Shown: piece by piece, positions 50,348 to 60,287 of the stretch | Numbering within the stretch: position 1 is the stretch's first letter | How the letters are laid out: each line of letters opens with the position of its first letter | Source of the DNA: an uncultured delta proteobacterium | GTDB taxonomy: Bacteria > Desulfobacterota > Desulfobacteria > Desulfobacterales > SG8-13 | Direction: 5' to 3' | Assembly (NCBI GenBank): GCA_963848135.1 | Contig: CAWKCK010000004.1 | Location: 1 to 64,000, forward strand | Length of the DNA stretch: 64,000 nt | Translations under genes and position numbers: made by a program | Notes under the pieces: model-generated | Databases searched by the model: none | Seen by the model: the letters and a program-made list of their open reading frames with translations, nothing else | What the model was told of the DNA's origin: nothing

Positions 50348-51775
50348 TCAGACCGGTTGGTCCCACCAGGATACCCAGGAGTTTTGGCGGGGATAACTCA
50401 GGCCGGTTTCGCCTTCGAGCGCCCGAATCCAGTCACCGAGGGCCGAGGCGTGGTGGATAATAAGGGGTGTGCTGTGATTCGGCAGAATGTCTGCAGCCAG
50501 GTTGTTAGCAGCAATCACATTTTGAATCCTGGCTTCGGATTCGGGTGTATCCCAGGGCGTCGGATGGATGAATCCATGATTACCGCCCTCGTGCCTGAGG
50601 TAGCCAAAATCATCAGGATAATCGTTTTTTAACTGCCGCATCAATTCGACAGCGGCCAGATTCGTGTCAACGCTGATCCCTTTGTTCAAATTTCGAAGGA
50701 TCCTGTTGTCGAAAGATTCAAACCCGACCGAGGACAGGACGATACGCAGTCCAAACTCACGGGCCTTGCGAAGGGCCGCTCGCAAATGAGATTTCCCGCG
50801 CAGCAGCCAGTCGGCCCGCAAGGTCAAGTGGATTTCAGACAGCATCAATCGGGCCTCTGCAGTCGCGCGAAGAAGATGGGGCAGTCCGGGAAGGGGATTT
50901 TCATTGATCAGTTCAAAGGGTATCTTACGTTGCCCGGCAGTTTCGGGCAGACACCTGATCTGTGAAAGGACGGATTCAACATCGAGCGCACCCTGAAAGC
51001 CCTTGTCGATGGCCACATCGCAGAAACTGCAGCCCGCGGTTTTGGTGCGGATACTCCGGGTTCCTGGGGCGGCGAGTGCCGTTGGATAGTCGATATCGAC
51101 CGCCAGAGATCGTTTAGCGTGCGGACATCCGATCTGCTGCAGCACCTGAGCGGACGAGGGCGCCAATGCTTTTAGGGATGTGCCGTCCAGCCGGAAGAGT
51201 GTGTTCCAGTCGACATGACCCAGAAATTTCCGATTCCATCGTTGCATGGAGACACTGCCAATACGACCGCCATCCTTTCGGCGAACGAACCCCGGCAGGC
51301 GCTTTCCCACGCGAGCATCAATGTTCGTTAGAAACGGCCTTATCTGTTCGGCCGGTCCTTGGAGGGCAAATGAAAATTGGTTCGAGTGGCCTTTGAAACG
51401 ATGGGGGTGTTTGATGTGACCCGGCTCGCCCCTGAAGTCCGTTTCCGCTTGGGGTCCTGCCAGCAAGGTGGTGGCGCCGTCTTGTTTCAGGACTCCGGCC
51501 AAGGAGACCAGAATCGATGCTCCGCTGAGCAGGGAGAACCCGATGACGGGTCGTTGTGACCCGAAATGCCCGCCGAGGACCTCTAACAGCCTTTTCGGAT
51601 CATCTTCCCTCGCAACGCCGATGACAATGCACTCATACGGGGTGGTGTCGCGTATGATCGTAGCAGCCATTTGGGGTCCCAGAAGTCCGTAAGACGCTCC
51701 GGAAGCGTAACTGGTAAGGATGACCATCTTCGGTCGGTCTTTGGCAGCAGCCATCGAATGTTTTATTGATGTCAT
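50348..51775 (-). CDS. Atypical radical SAM protein (Cx31CxxC), N-terminal domain resembling B12-binding radical SAM proteins
   Basis: YGLLGPQ..A, IGFSL, LAGPQA, GCPH...GCSFC, VGFESF...LNKG, GFIHPTPW. Confidence 0.65.
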   Translation of the reverse strand: MTSIKHSMAAAKDRPKMVILTSYASGASYGLLGPQMAATIIRDTTPYECIVIGVAREDDPKRLLEVLGGHFGSQRPVIGFSLLSGASILVSLAGVLKQDGATTLLAGPQAETDFRGEPGHIKHPHRFKGHSNQFSFALQGPAEQIRPFLTNIDARVGKRLPGFVRRKDGGRIGSVSMQRWNRKFLGHVDWNTLFRLDGTSLKALAPSSAQVLQQIGCPHAKRSLAVDIDYPTALAAPGTRSIRTKTAGCSFCDVAIDKGFQGALDVESVLSQIRCLPETAGQRKIPFELINENPLPGLPHLLRATAEARLMLSEIHLTLRADWLLRGKSHLRAALRKAREFGLRIVLSSVGFESFDNRILRNLNKGISVDTNLAAVELMRQLKNDYPDDFGYLRHEGGNHGFIHPTPWDTPESEARIQNVIAANNLAADILPNHSTPLIIHHASALGDWIRALEGETGLSYPRQNSWVSWWDQPV

Positions 51776-51928
51776 ATTTGAGAGAGTCCAACAGATCGGG
51801 TTACGACTTGCTTTACGGGCTGAAGCAGGTTATTGAAATCGTGAGCATCCGGCAACAGTTTGCTTTCTTGATTATATAACCTATTCATGAAATATGCGGG
51901 CAGATCAATAGGGGAACAGGAGTCGCCT

Positions 51929-52201
51929 GTGAGTGTCACCATACATCTTCACAAGACCCATCGTCAATTCGCTGATGGTTTGGCGTCGGTCGATGCAGAG
52001 GGTCAATCGGTTGGCGAGTGTCTCAAGAATCTTGTCGGGCGTTATCCGCAACTGGAGCCGCAGGTTTTCGATTCCAGCGGCAAACTTCTGCGAACAATTG
52101 AAATATATCTGAACATGGCGAGCGCCTATCCGAATGAATTGGCTAAACCGACCAGGGATGGCGACCAAATGCATATCACCCTAATGCTGGCCGGCGGCTG
52201 A
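51929..52201 (+). CDS. MoaD/ThiS-family sulfur carrier
   Basis: ~90-aa ubiquitin-like pattern ending LAGG; GTG start after AGGAG. Confidence 0.85.
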   Translation: MSVTIHLHKTHRQFADGLASVDAEGQSVGECLKNLVGRYPQLEPQVFDSSGKLLRTIEIYLNMASAYPNELAKPTRDGDQMHITLMLAGG

Positions 52202-52232
52202 TCCGAATCGGCCAGCGTATCGGATCATCATA

Positions 52233-53168
52233 ATGTATCGCGCCCAACTCCGCTGGCAACCGGTGATTGTTCTGATTGCGATTGCCATGACTTGGGGAGC
52301 CAACATGGCATTCATCAAGTTTGCCGCTCGGGATGTGGCGCCTCTTTTCATGGCTGGCCTGCGCTCCCTCGTTGCCGGGTTCGTCATATTTCTCTGGATG
52401 AGATTCCGAGGTGTCACCCTTTTTCCTAAAGCGGCTATCGTTGCTCATGGAGCGGTGGCCGGTCTGCTGTTTGGACTCGAGTTTGCCCTCATCTACCTTG
52501 GGCTTCAAAATACATCGGCATCCCGCACCTATGTTTTCGTTTATACGGCGCCTTTATTCGTTGCTTTGGGGGCACATTTTTTTCTTAAAGGCGATCGGCT
52601 CAACCGGTGGAAGGTGATGGGGCTCCTCCTGGCGTTCGCCGGCGTGGCTTTCCTGTTTCTCAGAAACATGGAGCCGTTGGCAAAAGGCATGTTGCAGGGT
52701 GACTTGATGGCCATTGGCGGCGGCGTGCTCTGGGCCGCAACCACCATTTACATCAAACGATTTCTGGTTGACAGAGCCCTGCCGTTACAAATGGTGTTCT
52801 ACCAGCTGATCTTCTCGGCGCCGCTTCTTCTCGGTCTCAGTTTTTTTGCCGAGGATCCGGTTATCTCCGGGTTTTCCTTTCTAACCGGTGTCTCGCTTTT
52901 CTATCAATGTATAATCGTTGCCTCTATCTCATTTATTATCTGGTTTGAAATGGTTTACCGATATCCGGTCAGCCTCCTGCATGCTTTCACTTTTTTTGTG
53001 CCGGTATTCGGTGTATTGATAAGCGGAGCACTTATGCTCGGCGAAGTCATAACGATTCGGCTGATCCTTGCTTTAGGCATGGTCGGTGTTGGAATGGTCC
53101 TGGTAAATTACCGTCCGGCGGGGACGCCTGCAGCGGGTCGTCATTCCGTACGACGGGGGATTGGTTAA
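52233..53168 (+). CDS. DMT/EamA family transporter
   Basis: WGAN...K, about 10 TM segments in two EamA repeats, YTAPLFV, LGE. Confidence 0.88.
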   Translation: MYRAQLRWQPVIVLIAIAMTWGANMAFIKFAARDVAPLFMAGLRSLVAGFVIFLWMRFRGVTLFPKAAIVAHGAVAGLLFGLEFALIYLGLQNTSASRTYVFVYTAPLFVALGAHFFLKGDRLNRWKVMGLLLAFAGVAFLFLRNMEPLAKGMLQGDLMAIGGGVLWAATTIYIKRFLVDRALPLQMVFYQLIFSAPLLLGLSFFAEDPVISGFSFLTGVSLFYQCIIVASISFIIWFEMVYRYPVSLLHAFTFFVPVFGVLISGALMLGEVITIRLILALGMVGVGMVLVNYRPAGTPAAGRHSVRRGIG

Positions 53169-53211
53169 GCGACGAGGACAGAATCGATGACACCCATTAT
53201 CCAAAAGGGGG

Positions 53212-54261
53212 ATGATCATGAAATATCGTTTCCTGGGATCGTCAGGTTTGCTGGTTTCCAGAATATCCCTGGGCACTATGACCTTCGGAACGGCCGACTG
53301 GGGCTGCAGCGAAGCAGAGGCCCAGGCCATCATGAAGGCGTATATCGACGCCGGAGGCAATTTCATCGATTGTGCGGATGTCTATGCCGCAGGGCGCTCC
53401 GAGGAGGTTGTCGGCACATTTTTGAGCCAGGTGAAACGGGATGATCTTGTCATCGCCTCGAAGTGCTACTTCCCCATGGGGCAGAAACCGAATCAGTTCG
53501 GCGTATCGCGCAAACATATCATTGCCTCCTGCGAAGACAGCTTGAAGCGCTTGAAGACCGACTATATCGATCTGTACTACATCCACGGCCCCGATCCGAT
53601 AACGCCCTACGAAGAAACCCTGCGTGCTCTGGACGATCTGGTGCGACAGGGAAAGGTCCGCTACATTGGGTGCAGCAACATGTTCGGCTGGCAGATGGCA
53701 AAGGCTGCCGGAGTATCGACGCGGTCCAACCTCGAGCGCCTGGTGGCGGGGCAGTACATCTATAGCCTGATTCACCGCGAACTTGAACGCGAAGTCATTC
53801 CCGCGGCCATCGACAGCGGCATCGGCCTCACCGCTTACAGTCCCCTCGGTGGTGGTCTCTTGACCGGGAAGTACAAGGGTATGACGGACCCAGCCGAGGG
53901 CACCCGGCACGCATTCCGCACCCAGGTGGATGGTCCCCGATTCTGGACTACTCAAGGTTTCAAAACCGCTGAAATACTGGAAGAGGTTGCGAAGGAAGCG
54001 GGCATACCCATGGCGAAACTGGCCATCGGTTGGCCGCTCGGCCGGAATTTTGTCAGCGCGGTTATTATCGGGGTCAGAAAACTGGACCAGCTGAATGCAA
54101 ACCTCGAGGCTGCTGACTGGGATGTGCCCGTCGACATTTGGCGTACACTGGAGAAACGTACGCGACCGGCAGAGGAGTATATGAGCTGGTTTGGCAAATT
54201 CAATTATGCGCGGTTTTTCGAAGCGGCGGAATTTTACGACGAGAGGGTTGAGCTACCGTAA
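53212..54261 (+). CDS. Aldo/keto reductase
   Basis: LGTMTFG, IDCADVY, SLKRLKTDYIDLYYIH, GKVRYIGCSN, YSPLGGG. Confidence 0.92.
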   Translation: MIMKYRFLGSSGLLVSRISLGTMTFGTADWGCSEAEAQAIMKAYIDAGGNFIDCADVYAAGRSEEVVGTFLSQVKRDDLVIASKCYFPMGQKPNQFGVSRKHIIASCEDSLKRLKTDYIDLYYIHGPDPITPYEETLRALDDLVRQGKVRYIGCSNMFGWQMAKAAGVSTRSNLERLVAGQYIYSLIHRELEREVIPAAIDSGIGLTAYSPLGGGLLTGKYKGMTDPAEGTRHAFRTQVDGPRFWTTQGFKTAEILEEVAKEAGIPMAKLAIGWPLGRNFVSAVIIGVRKLDQLNANLEAADWDVPVDIWRTLEKRTRPAEEYMSWFGKFNYARFFEAAEFYDERVELP

Positions 54262-54300
54262 ACCGAATTTATTACCTGAAGGATAGATTCGAGATTGCCC

Positions 54301-54828
54301 ATGCAAAATAAGGCGTTTATCATCCGTGAAGAAATCCCCGTTGACATTCCAGCCATCCGGAATGTCAACGAGCATGCTTTCGGTCAGCCGCAGGAAGCCG
54401 GAATCGTGGATGCACTGCGCAAAAATTGTGAAAGGTTGCTATCGCTCGTCGCGGAGGTTGATGGTGTCATTATCGGGCATATACTTTTTAGCCCGGTAAC
54501 CGTCGAGGATGACCTTGAGGAAGCCGTCGGTATGGGGCTCGCGCCAATGGCGGTTTTGCCTCAGCGTCAACGTGAGGGGGTCGGTTCCGCTCTGGTCGTG
54601 CGTGGCCTGGAATTGTTGAAAGTCAAGCGCTGCCCCTTTGTCGTCGTTCTCGGCCACGTGGGCTACTATCCCCGATTTGGGTTTGTGCCTGCGTCGACAC
54701 TGGGACTCAAATGCCAGTGGGAAGGCGTGCCCGATGATGTTTTCATGGCCCTCGTCTTCGCCGCTAAAGAATTTGAGAACATTCGCGGTGTGGTGCGATA
54801 CAGACACGAATTTGACGGGGCCATTTAG
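54301..54828 (+). CDS. GNAT family N-acetyltransferase (YhbS-like)
   Basis: GHILFSPV, LAPMAVLP..Q..GVG, VVLGH..YYPRFGF. Confidence 0.88.
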   Translation: MQNKAFIIREEIPVDIPAIRNVNEHAFGQPQEAGIVDALRKNCERLLSLVAEVDGVIIGHILFSPVTVEDDLEEAVGMGLAPMAVLPQRQREGVGSALVVRGLELLKVKRCPFVVVLGHVGYYPRFGFVPASTLGLKCQWEGVPDDVFMALVFAAKEFENIRGVVRYRHEFDGAI

Positions 54829-55023
54829 GTACTGGTATTGAAAGAGGGATTCGAATGAAACGAATAGGGATAGACCCGGCCCAAAGTTCGAGTATCATTC
54901 TAACGACCGGAACCGATGTTATGGGCTTTTTGGCATTCCTGGGGTTTGCTGTATTGTTTCAGAATTTTCTTGTTTCATAGCGCGTTTCCATCCATACTGA
55001 GTTTAAGAAAGAAGGGTGTGATT

Positions 55024-55722
55024 ATGAAAGAAAAATTCCGAGTTCAAAGATTTTTTTCTTGGGCCGTCATTGGGCTGCAAGTTATCGTTCTGGTCGCATG
55101 TTCCAGCACCTCCAACAAATTGGCCAAAAATTATTATGAACAGGGACAGATATTTTATGAGAGAATGGAGTACGATCGTTCAATCGACAATTTCACCCAG
55201 GCCCTGGAAATCGAACCGAACGACCGCGAAAACTACAAAATCTATTTCGACCGGGGACGGGCCTATTTTAAGAGCAGGGATTATGAAAAGGCGATATATG
55301 ATTACACGCGAGCTTTGGAGTTGTCCCCAAACAGCGAAACGGAATCGAGATTCATCATCTTGGAAGCCCGTGGTCACGCCTATCTGCTCAATAAGCAGTA
55401 CGAGCTATCGATTAAGGATTTCTCCCACGCCCTTGCCTTGAAACCGAGGCACTCATACGCAAAATACATTTACAACAATCGTGCTTGGGATTATTACAAC
55501 ATGCAACAATTCGATAAAGCCATAGCCGATTTCACCAAGGCCATTTCTATCGATTCTAAATTTGATTCGGCCTATTACGGCAGGGGGCAGACCTGGTTTC
55601 AAAAAGGGGATTTGGAGCGGGCCATGTTTGATGCTAAAGAGGCCCTCCGGCTGAGCCCGGGAGTGAAAAAATATGACGATTTCCTGTTCGATGTTAAGTC
55701 ATCGATAAAGACCGACAAGTAA
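55024..55722 (+). CDS. TPR lipoprotein
   Basis: Lipobox LVAC followed by ~5 TPR repeats. Confidence 0.85.
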   Translation: MKEKFRVQRFFSWAVIGLQVIVLVACSSTSNKLAKNYYEQGQIFYERMEYDRSIDNFTQALEIEPNDRENYKIYFDRGRAYFKSRDYEKAIYDYTRALELSPNSETESRFIILEARGHAYLLNKQYELSIKDFSHALALKPRHSYAKYIYNNRAWDYYNMQQFDKAIADFTKAISIDSKFDSAYYGRGQTWFQKGDLERAMFDAKEALRLSPGVKKYDDFLFDVKSSIKTDK

Positions 55723-55786
55723 GAAACGCCTGGGGGAGATGATGGTTCGCGGCGACTGAAAAGTAATTTCAGTCGCAGCAATATTA

Positions 55787-56245
55787 TTAGTGCAGAACCG
55801 CTGAACTTTCAGCCCGCAATTCTTCGAATACCCTGCCTATGTATTGTCCAGTTCGTTCGTAGCCTTCCTGGGACTGATCGGAAAGTATCGACAACATTCC
55901 GTATATTTCAAGGTATTTCTGGTCCAAAGCGTCGGCACCCTCCAATATTAGATGCCAGCGGATGTCATCGTTCGCCTTTCTATGGTGCATAATTTTGACG
56001 GCACCTCGATTGGTTTCGTTGGCCGATTGCAGCAATGTCATGCCGTTGGCGTCGGACAGGTTGGAATCGCTGATGATGATGTCAAAGCCCATTAATGCGA
56101 TCAGACTCGAGGCATCCTTGGCCGAATTGACCGCAAAGAGGGTGCAGCCTGTATCGATAAGCTTCAGGTGAATGTCATCCCATAAGTCATCCTGATTATG
56201 GACCAAAAGGACACGGTAGCCTTCGAATTTAAACGCGACATTCAT
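55787..56245 (-). CDS. Degenerate response-regulator receiver domain protein
   Basis: RVLLV, FDIIISDSNLSDANG; acidic DD pair replaced by HN and conserved Lys not evident. Confidence 0.55.
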   Translation of the reverse strand: MNVAFKFEGYRVLLVHNQDDLWDDIHLKLIDTGCTLFAVNSAKDASSLIALMGFDIIISDSNLSDANGMTLLQSANETNRGAVKIMHHRKANDDIRWHLILEGADALDQKYLEIYGMLSILSDQSQEGYERTGQYIGRVFEELRAESSAVLH

Positions 56246-56460
56246 ACAGCCCTCTTTTGTTATGCATTGTATGACAAATGTATTATATATAAAAAATAGG
56301 ACCGGCGTCAACACAATACGTTTATACCGCTATCAGGAATACATTCTGCAATACGGAAGGGTGGTATATGTGGTCATCAAAAAACGTTCGAATAACCGAA
56401 TGTTTTTTTAATAACCACTTAAGTATATTCGGGGATTTTGAGAAAGAAGGGATTTAATGA

Positions 56461-56512
56461 TAAACGGCAGACGCCTCGATTTAACAAAAGGAAAAGGGCC
56501 GTCTGCCGTTTA
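56461..56512. terminator. Inverted repeat downstream of the AOR operon
   Basis: TAAACGGCAGACG...CGTCTGCCGTTTA (13-bp arms), 11 nt after the Fe-S gene stop. Confidence 0.6.
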
Positions 56513-56523
56513 ATAGACTCAGG

Positions 56524-57018
56524 TTACTCGGAATGTATGGCGGCTGACCTGTTTTCGGCACTGTACAGTCGCTGCGCGGCCTCTCTTTTCTTCAGAATGC
56601 TCACATCCCCGGCATTCACGAAATCTACGGCCTTGACTTCGCAGAACCTGACGCACTGTGGATCGCCGTCGCAGAGATCACACTTGATCACTTTGCGGTC
56701 GACGGTGTTAAAATTCATCGCGCCGAAAGGACACACTGACACGCAGGTACGACAGCCGATGCAAGTGGTGTAATCGACCACCACGCGTCCCAGCTCTTCG
56801 TCGTGGGATATGGCCCCAACCGGGCAACCGATCTGGCAGGGGGCGTCTTGGCACTGCTGGCAGGACATGGGAATATAAACGCCGTCGGCTTCCCACTTAA
56901 CAACCCTGATCCGGCTGCGGACCGGATTGGAAATACCGTCATGTTTAACCGCACACACCAGTTCGCACAGGCGGCATCCAGTGCACTTTTCATGGTCGAT
57001 CATTAGAACTTTTTCCAT
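56524..57018 (-). CDS. 4x[4Fe-4S] electron-transfer subunit (AorA/DmsB-like)
   Basis: CTGCRLCELVC, CQQCQDAPC..GCP, CIGCRTCVSVCP, KCDLC....CVRFC. Confidence 0.9.
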   Translation of the reverse strand: MEKVLMIDHEKCTGCRLCELVCAVKHDGISNPVRSRIRVVKWEADGVYIPMSCQQCQDAPCQIGCPVGAISHDEELGRVVVDYTTCIGCRTCVSVCPFGAMNFNTVDRKVIKCDLCDGDPQCVRFCEVKAVDFVNAGDVSILKKREAAQRLYSAENRSAAIHSE

Positions 57019-57050
57019 TTCGTTCTCCTTTCGCAATTCGACCCGCAGGG

Positions 57051-58991
57051 CTATAGCAGGTGGGACGGTTCGTTTTCCAGGTCGAGCCGTTTAAGAGTCT
57101 CTGGTTTCGGAACACCGTTTTCATCGAGGCCCTTGTGTGCGTAAAATTCGTCGATCATCCGGTTAAATTTCTCACGGTCGATCACGCGGCCCACCACGTC
57201 TGGGGCCCCGCGCTGGCAGGGTTCGTCGAAATAGCGGTGGTTGAGCATATCGCCTTTCTTTAAGTCGGAGCGCGAGAGTCCTTCCCTTAGATTAAAGAGG
57301 CGCTCTATCATGTTGCACCGTTCAGCGATGTCCCATATTTCGTTGGATGTCAGTTCCAGACCGGTATTGTAGTAAATCACCTTGGGCCAGTCTTCGAAGT
57401 TCGGCAGGGTCGCTCCTAGAAATACGGTGTGATACTTGCAGATTCCAAGGCAATCCACAGCCATGTAGCAGTTTTCCTGCCAGAAGACCTGCCAGGCCTT
57501 GCCGTCATAGGCGGTGTGTTCGGAGCTGAGGGGGCCGTCGTAGGGAACCGGATTGCTGTAGATTTTACGCAGGACCGGTTCGGGCAAATGATAGAGGTCG
57601 ATGGCTGGGCGGCTGCGCAGATGGTCCGAACCCCTCGAGGCGGTGGCAATGTTGAGAGCCAGGGCCGGGGTGGCCCGTTCGTCCGAGTGCAGGTTGTTCA
57701 TGCCCTTGACCTGTATGAGATAATCGAAGGCATTTTTCCCAATTTTTTCGGCTGCCGGAATGCCGCCGTCGGCCAGAGTGTCCCCCAGCCACCCATCGCG
57801 CATACAGATGCGGTGGATCATTTCGAGGACGACTTCATCGTTGCCGAACCTCAGGTCCAATCCTTCGGCCTGTTTGTCGGTAATAATGCCTTTCTCGCGG
57901 AGCTCCATGGCCCAGGCGATCATGCTGCCGATTTCCAGATTGTCGACACCATATTGATTCACGAGGTGGTTACCAGCAAGGACAGTCTCGGCACTGGTGC
58001 AATCCGGTAGGGAGCCAAATGCGCCTTGACTCGTATACTCGGGACCTTCGTCGTATTTACCGGCATAGGGTCCTGTCGGTATTTTGTACTGTGCGCGGCA
58101 ATGCACCTGGCAGGCAAAACAGCCGGTCATGTGGTGCGGACCGATGGTCTCCTCGGCGATTTCATCGATACGTTCGGGTTCGATATCATCGGCGTATTCG
58201 CACTGGTTGTACTGGAAATTACGGGTGCGCAAGCCGCCCCAGGAGTTTGTCGCGCCCCAAATGAACGGTGTTCCGAGGGTGCCCTGGGTCTGATTGACCT
58301 TGGCGCTGGTGATCTGATCGATGAAACGTTTGTTATATTCGAGGGCCTCTATCGGGTGGGCAATCTTTATATCCAAGGTGCCCCGGGCAGCGACAGCCTT
58401 GAGATTCTTGGATCCCATGACACAGCCCATGCCCGTCCGACCGGCGGCATTTTTGATGCCGGTCATGACGTTGGCGTAGCGAACGAGGTTTTCCCCCGCC
58501 GGTCCGATGACACAACTCTTGATTTCCTCGTCACCGAGTTCCTCGCGAATACCCCACTGGGTATCGGTGGTTGTTTTACCCCACAGGTGGCCGGCATCAC
58601 GGATGTCAATCCGACCGTCGTGGGCGTAGATATAGACAGGTTTTTCGGCTTTACCCGTGATCACCAGGTGATGAAATCCGGCCCAAGCCAGTTCGGGAGC
58701 AAAAAACCCGCCCATATTGGCGCTTCCCAGCAGACCCGTGAGCGGTGATTTTGCCATGATATGGGTACGGGCCGTGGCCGAGGCGCATGTGGCGGTCAGA
58801 ATACCGCCGCTGATAATCAGTGCGTTACCAGGACCCAGTGGATCACAGCCCTTCTTGGTGTGATTATAAAGCAGATAGGCATCGAGACCGCGTCCGCCGA
58901 GATATTTTTTACGCACTTCCGGCGAAATAGGCTTGATGTCAACGTCGCCGGTAGAAAGGTTGATGAAGGCAATTTTCCTATTTAACGGCAT
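57051..58991 (-). CDS. Aldehyde:ferredoxin oxidoreductase family (W/Mo bis-pterin) catalytic subunit
   Basis: YLGGRG, KSPLTG, IGPAGEN, AAGRTGMGCVMGSKNLKA, CFACQVHC, GPEY, RGSDH, LGIC. Confidence 0.9.
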   Translation of the reverse strand: MPLNRKIAFINLSTGDVDIKPISPEVRKKYLGGRGLDAYLLYNHTKKGCDPLGPGNALIISGGILTATCASATARTHIMAKSPLTGLLGSANMGGFFAPELAWAGFHHLVITGKAEKPVYIYAHDGRIDIRDAGHLWGKTTTDTQWGIREELGDEEIKSCVIGPAGENLVRYANVMTGIKNAAGRTGMGCVMGSKNLKAVAARGTLDIKIAHPIEALEYNKRFIDQITSAKVNQTQGTLGTPFIWGATNSWGGLRTRNFQYNQCEYADDIEPERIDEIAEETIGPHHMTGCFACQVHCRAQYKIPTGPYAGKYDEGPEYTSQGAFGSLPDCTSAETVLAGNHLVNQYGVDNLEIGSMIAWAMELREKGIITDKQAEGLDLRFGNDEVVLEMIHRICMRDGWLGDTLADGGIPAAEKIGKNAFDYLIQVKGMNNLHSDERATPALALNIATASRGSDHLRSRPAIDLYHLPEPVLRKIYSNPVPYDGPLSSEHTAYDGKAWQVFWQENCYMAVDCLGICKYHTVFLGATLPNFEDWPKVIYYNTGLELTSNEIWDIAERCNMIERLFNLREGLSRSDLKKGDMLNHRYFDEPCQRGAPDVVGRVIDREKFNRMIDEFYAHKGLDENGVPKPETLKRLDLENEPSHLL

Positions 58992-59250
58992 TTTGACCTC
59001 CCTTCTTCTTCAGTGCATCCTGGGCCAGCTTGCGGTTGACATCCCAGACCGGGCCACGGATTCGCGGAAAATCGGGCCGAATCCAATAAACGCGGAATTC
59101 CAGGCTGCATTCTGGGCATTTGACCTGTGTCTGACCGGCTTCGGGTTGAAGACGGCCCATGCAACTCGGATTGTGGCACCTGAATTTGCCGTAAGTCCGG
59201 GTTTGGCGGAGGCTTTCGGCAGTTGACTTTTGCTCTCGTTCGATGGCCAT
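58978..59250 (-). CDS. Small Zn-ribbon-like protein, first gene of the AOR operon
   Basis: CHNPSC...CPEC; AAGGAG RBS; overlaps the AOR start. Confidence 0.7.
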   Translation of the reverse strand: MAIEREQKSTAESLRQTRTYGKFRCHNPSCMGRLQPEAGQTQVKCPECSLEFRVYWIRPDFPRIRGPVWDVNRKLAQDALKKKGGQNAVK

Positions 59251-59289
59251 GGCAATCTCCTTTTCGGAAGGTGAAAGCAATTTTTAAGT

Positions 59290-59305
59290 GTTCATCATAA
59301 TGAAC
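59290..59305. promoter_or_regulatory. Putative IclR operator (AOR side)
   Basis: GTTCAT-cata-ATGAAC, just downstream of minus-strand TTGACA(59342-47)-N16-TAAAGT. Confidence 0.65.
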
Positions 59306-59444
59306 TAATAATTTTTATCACTTTACCAGAACCGGCATTCTTGTCAAGTTGAAAAGTGGGATATTTAATATTATAATGATTTTTATATAGGTTTTACGGT
59401 TGACAATCATCTCTGCCAAGGTATACGATAATACCAAAATAAAC

Positions 59445-59460
59445 GTTCAGTATAGAGAAC
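59445..59460. promoter_or_regulatory. Second putative IclR operator abutting the iclR start
   Basis: GTTCAGTATAGAGAAC (GTTC-N8-GAAC), downstream of plus-strand TTGACA at 59400. Confidence 0.55.
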
Positions 59461-59461
59461 A

Positions 59462-60244
59462 ATGACAGAGAAATACAAAGCCCCGATCGTCGGCAAAGCC
59501 TTTCAGGTCCTGCGCCTCATTTCCAGAAACCCCCGGGGAATGAAACTCAGTCACCTGGCCAGGGAGTTGGGATTCGGCAAAAGCACTGTTTTCGGCATTG
59601 CCTCGGCCCTTGAAGATGTGGGCGCGGTCATCCGTGATCACCGGACAAAGAAATACACTTTGGGAGTCACACTCTTCGAACTGGGCCGGTCGGCCTACGC
59701 ACGGATCGATTTGAAAGACGTGGCCCGGCCATACCTTGAAGACCTCATGAACGACACGCGGGAATCCGTTTTTTTTGGCGTCAGAAACATTGAGCACGTA
59801 ACGATCCTGGATATCGTCGAATCGAATCAGGACCTGAAGATCACATCACCTGTGGGCACGACGCTCCCAATTTTCGCCGGAGCTACCGGAAAGGTTTTTC
59901 TGGCGGCTATGACCGGTGAGAAGGCCGCGAAGATCATTCGCGACAGGGGCTTGCCCCGTTTCACGGAGCGATCGATCGTCGATCCCGCGCAATACTTAAA
60001 AGAGCTGCGTGACGTCAAGATAAACGGATTTGCCACTGACGATGAAGAATACATCTCCGGGGTTCGGGCCGTGGCGGCGCCGATCAAGGCCGCCGACCAA
60101 CCCTTGTCGGCCATTTGGATCGTCGGATTCAAACCGCGTATGAGCGACGATAGAATGAAACAGCTCGTGGACCAGACCAAATCGGCGGCCGAGGCCATCA
60201 GCCGTCAGATCGATCGCAGGGGGAAGGCCTTCGAGAAAGAATAA
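59462..60244 (+). CDS. IclR family transcriptional regulator
   Basis: HTH LARELGFGKSTV, YTLG..LFELG, GATGKVFLA, GVRAVAAPI. Confidence 0.92.
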   Translation: MTEKYKAPIVGKAFQVLRLISRNPRGMKLSHLARELGFGKSTVFGIASALEDVGAVIRDHRTKKYTLGVTLFELGRSAYARIDLKDVARPYLEDLMNDTRESVFFGVRNIEHVTILDIVESNQDLKITSPVGTTLPIFAGATGKVFLAAMTGEKAAKIIRDRGLPRFTERSIVDPAQYLKELRDVKINGFATDDEEYISGVRAVAAPIKAADQPLSAIWIVGFKPRMSDDRMKQLVDQTKSAAEAISRQIDRRGKAFEKE

Positions 60245-60287
60245 AACATTGTATCATGCCGTTTTGCGGCGAATTGGAGATTGATTA

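Noticed and set aside
57051..58991. AOR as class II benzoyl-CoA reductase BamB
   Set aside because: It has the standard AOR GPEY and RGxxH motifs. I do not see the BamB-type active-site segments, and no bamDEF-like genes are in the window.
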